The notes beneath the pieces were generated by a model. It was not told the DNA's origin, searched no databases, and was given only the letters and a program-made list of their open reading frames with translations. DNA of 63,073 nt, the filler included, from Choristocarpus tenellus KU-1152 (taxonomy: Eukaryota; Protista; Phaeophyceae), in NCBI GenBank assembly GCA_964200185.2. It is 14 parts of 14 records of this genome, joined end to end, with 100 filler letters (N's around TTAATTAATTAA, not from the genome) between each part and the next. Parts side by side here need not be neighbours in the genome. Positions count along the whole stretch, not along the records: positions 60,361 to 63,073 come from CAXNAD020025381.1; 13 more parts are not named here. One strand, 5' to 3'. This document shows positions 62,897 to 63,073 of this stretch, one piece after another; the stretch's first letter is position 1; every line of letters begins with the position of its first letter. The translations under genes were made by a program, and so were the position numbers.

Positions 62897-63073
62897 CTGT
62901 GGTATACATTTTATGGGGTATTGTATGTATACATTTTATGGGGTATTCTGTGGTATACATTTTATGGGGTATTGTATGTATACATTTTATGGGGTATTCT
63001 GTGGTATACATTTTATGGGGTATTGTATGTATACATTTTATGGGGTATTCTGTGGTATACATTTTATGGGGTA
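62897..63073. repeat. 51-bp minisatellite built from alternating 26- and 25-bp subunits
   Basis: (ctgtggtatacattttatggggtatt gtatgtatacattttatggggtatt) x ~3.5, perfect, running off the window end. Confidence 0.97.

Noticed and set aside
62897-63073. CRISPR array or 66-aa repeat protein
   Set aside because: The intervening bases are only 4-5 nt and alternate; it is a plain minisatellite and the ORF is incidental.

Overview
This is not one locus. It is 14 short contigs joined by 13 artificial 100-bp linkers (N44-TTAATTAATTAA-N44), so neighbourhood across linkers is meaningless. The DNA is from an intron-rich, repeat-rich eukaryotic nuclear genome, most plausibly a brown alga or close ochrophyte relative. 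That taxonomic call is an inference from ~100-130-bp exons, a GT2 cellulose-synthase-like gene, and the style of the Copia and CRE remnants. Recognisable host-gene fragments are XRN1 (2 exons), an EGF-like repeat protein (2 exons), RNA polymerase II largest subunit RPB1 (4 exons, one with an apparent GC donor), a cellulose-synthase-like GT2 terminal exon, and a PHD-finger protein (2 exons). Retroelement debris includes two Copia fragments, a CRE-like non-LTR RT, a CRE-like Zn-knuckle/REL endonuclease, and a gag-like ORF with a CCCH finger. The dominant signal is about 25 copies or fragments of four short non-autonomous DNA-transposon families (~140-265 bp). They share the terminus G..Y-AAAGTATCT, a subterminal GTCCATTTGG motif and mostly 4-bp TSDs (Sola2-like). 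One insertion has its own empty-site paralog next door. The TIRs place a GT at one end and an AG at the other, so splicing would leave an in-frame 24-nt scar; this is an untested hypothesis. No rRNA, complete tRNA or CRISPR array was seen.
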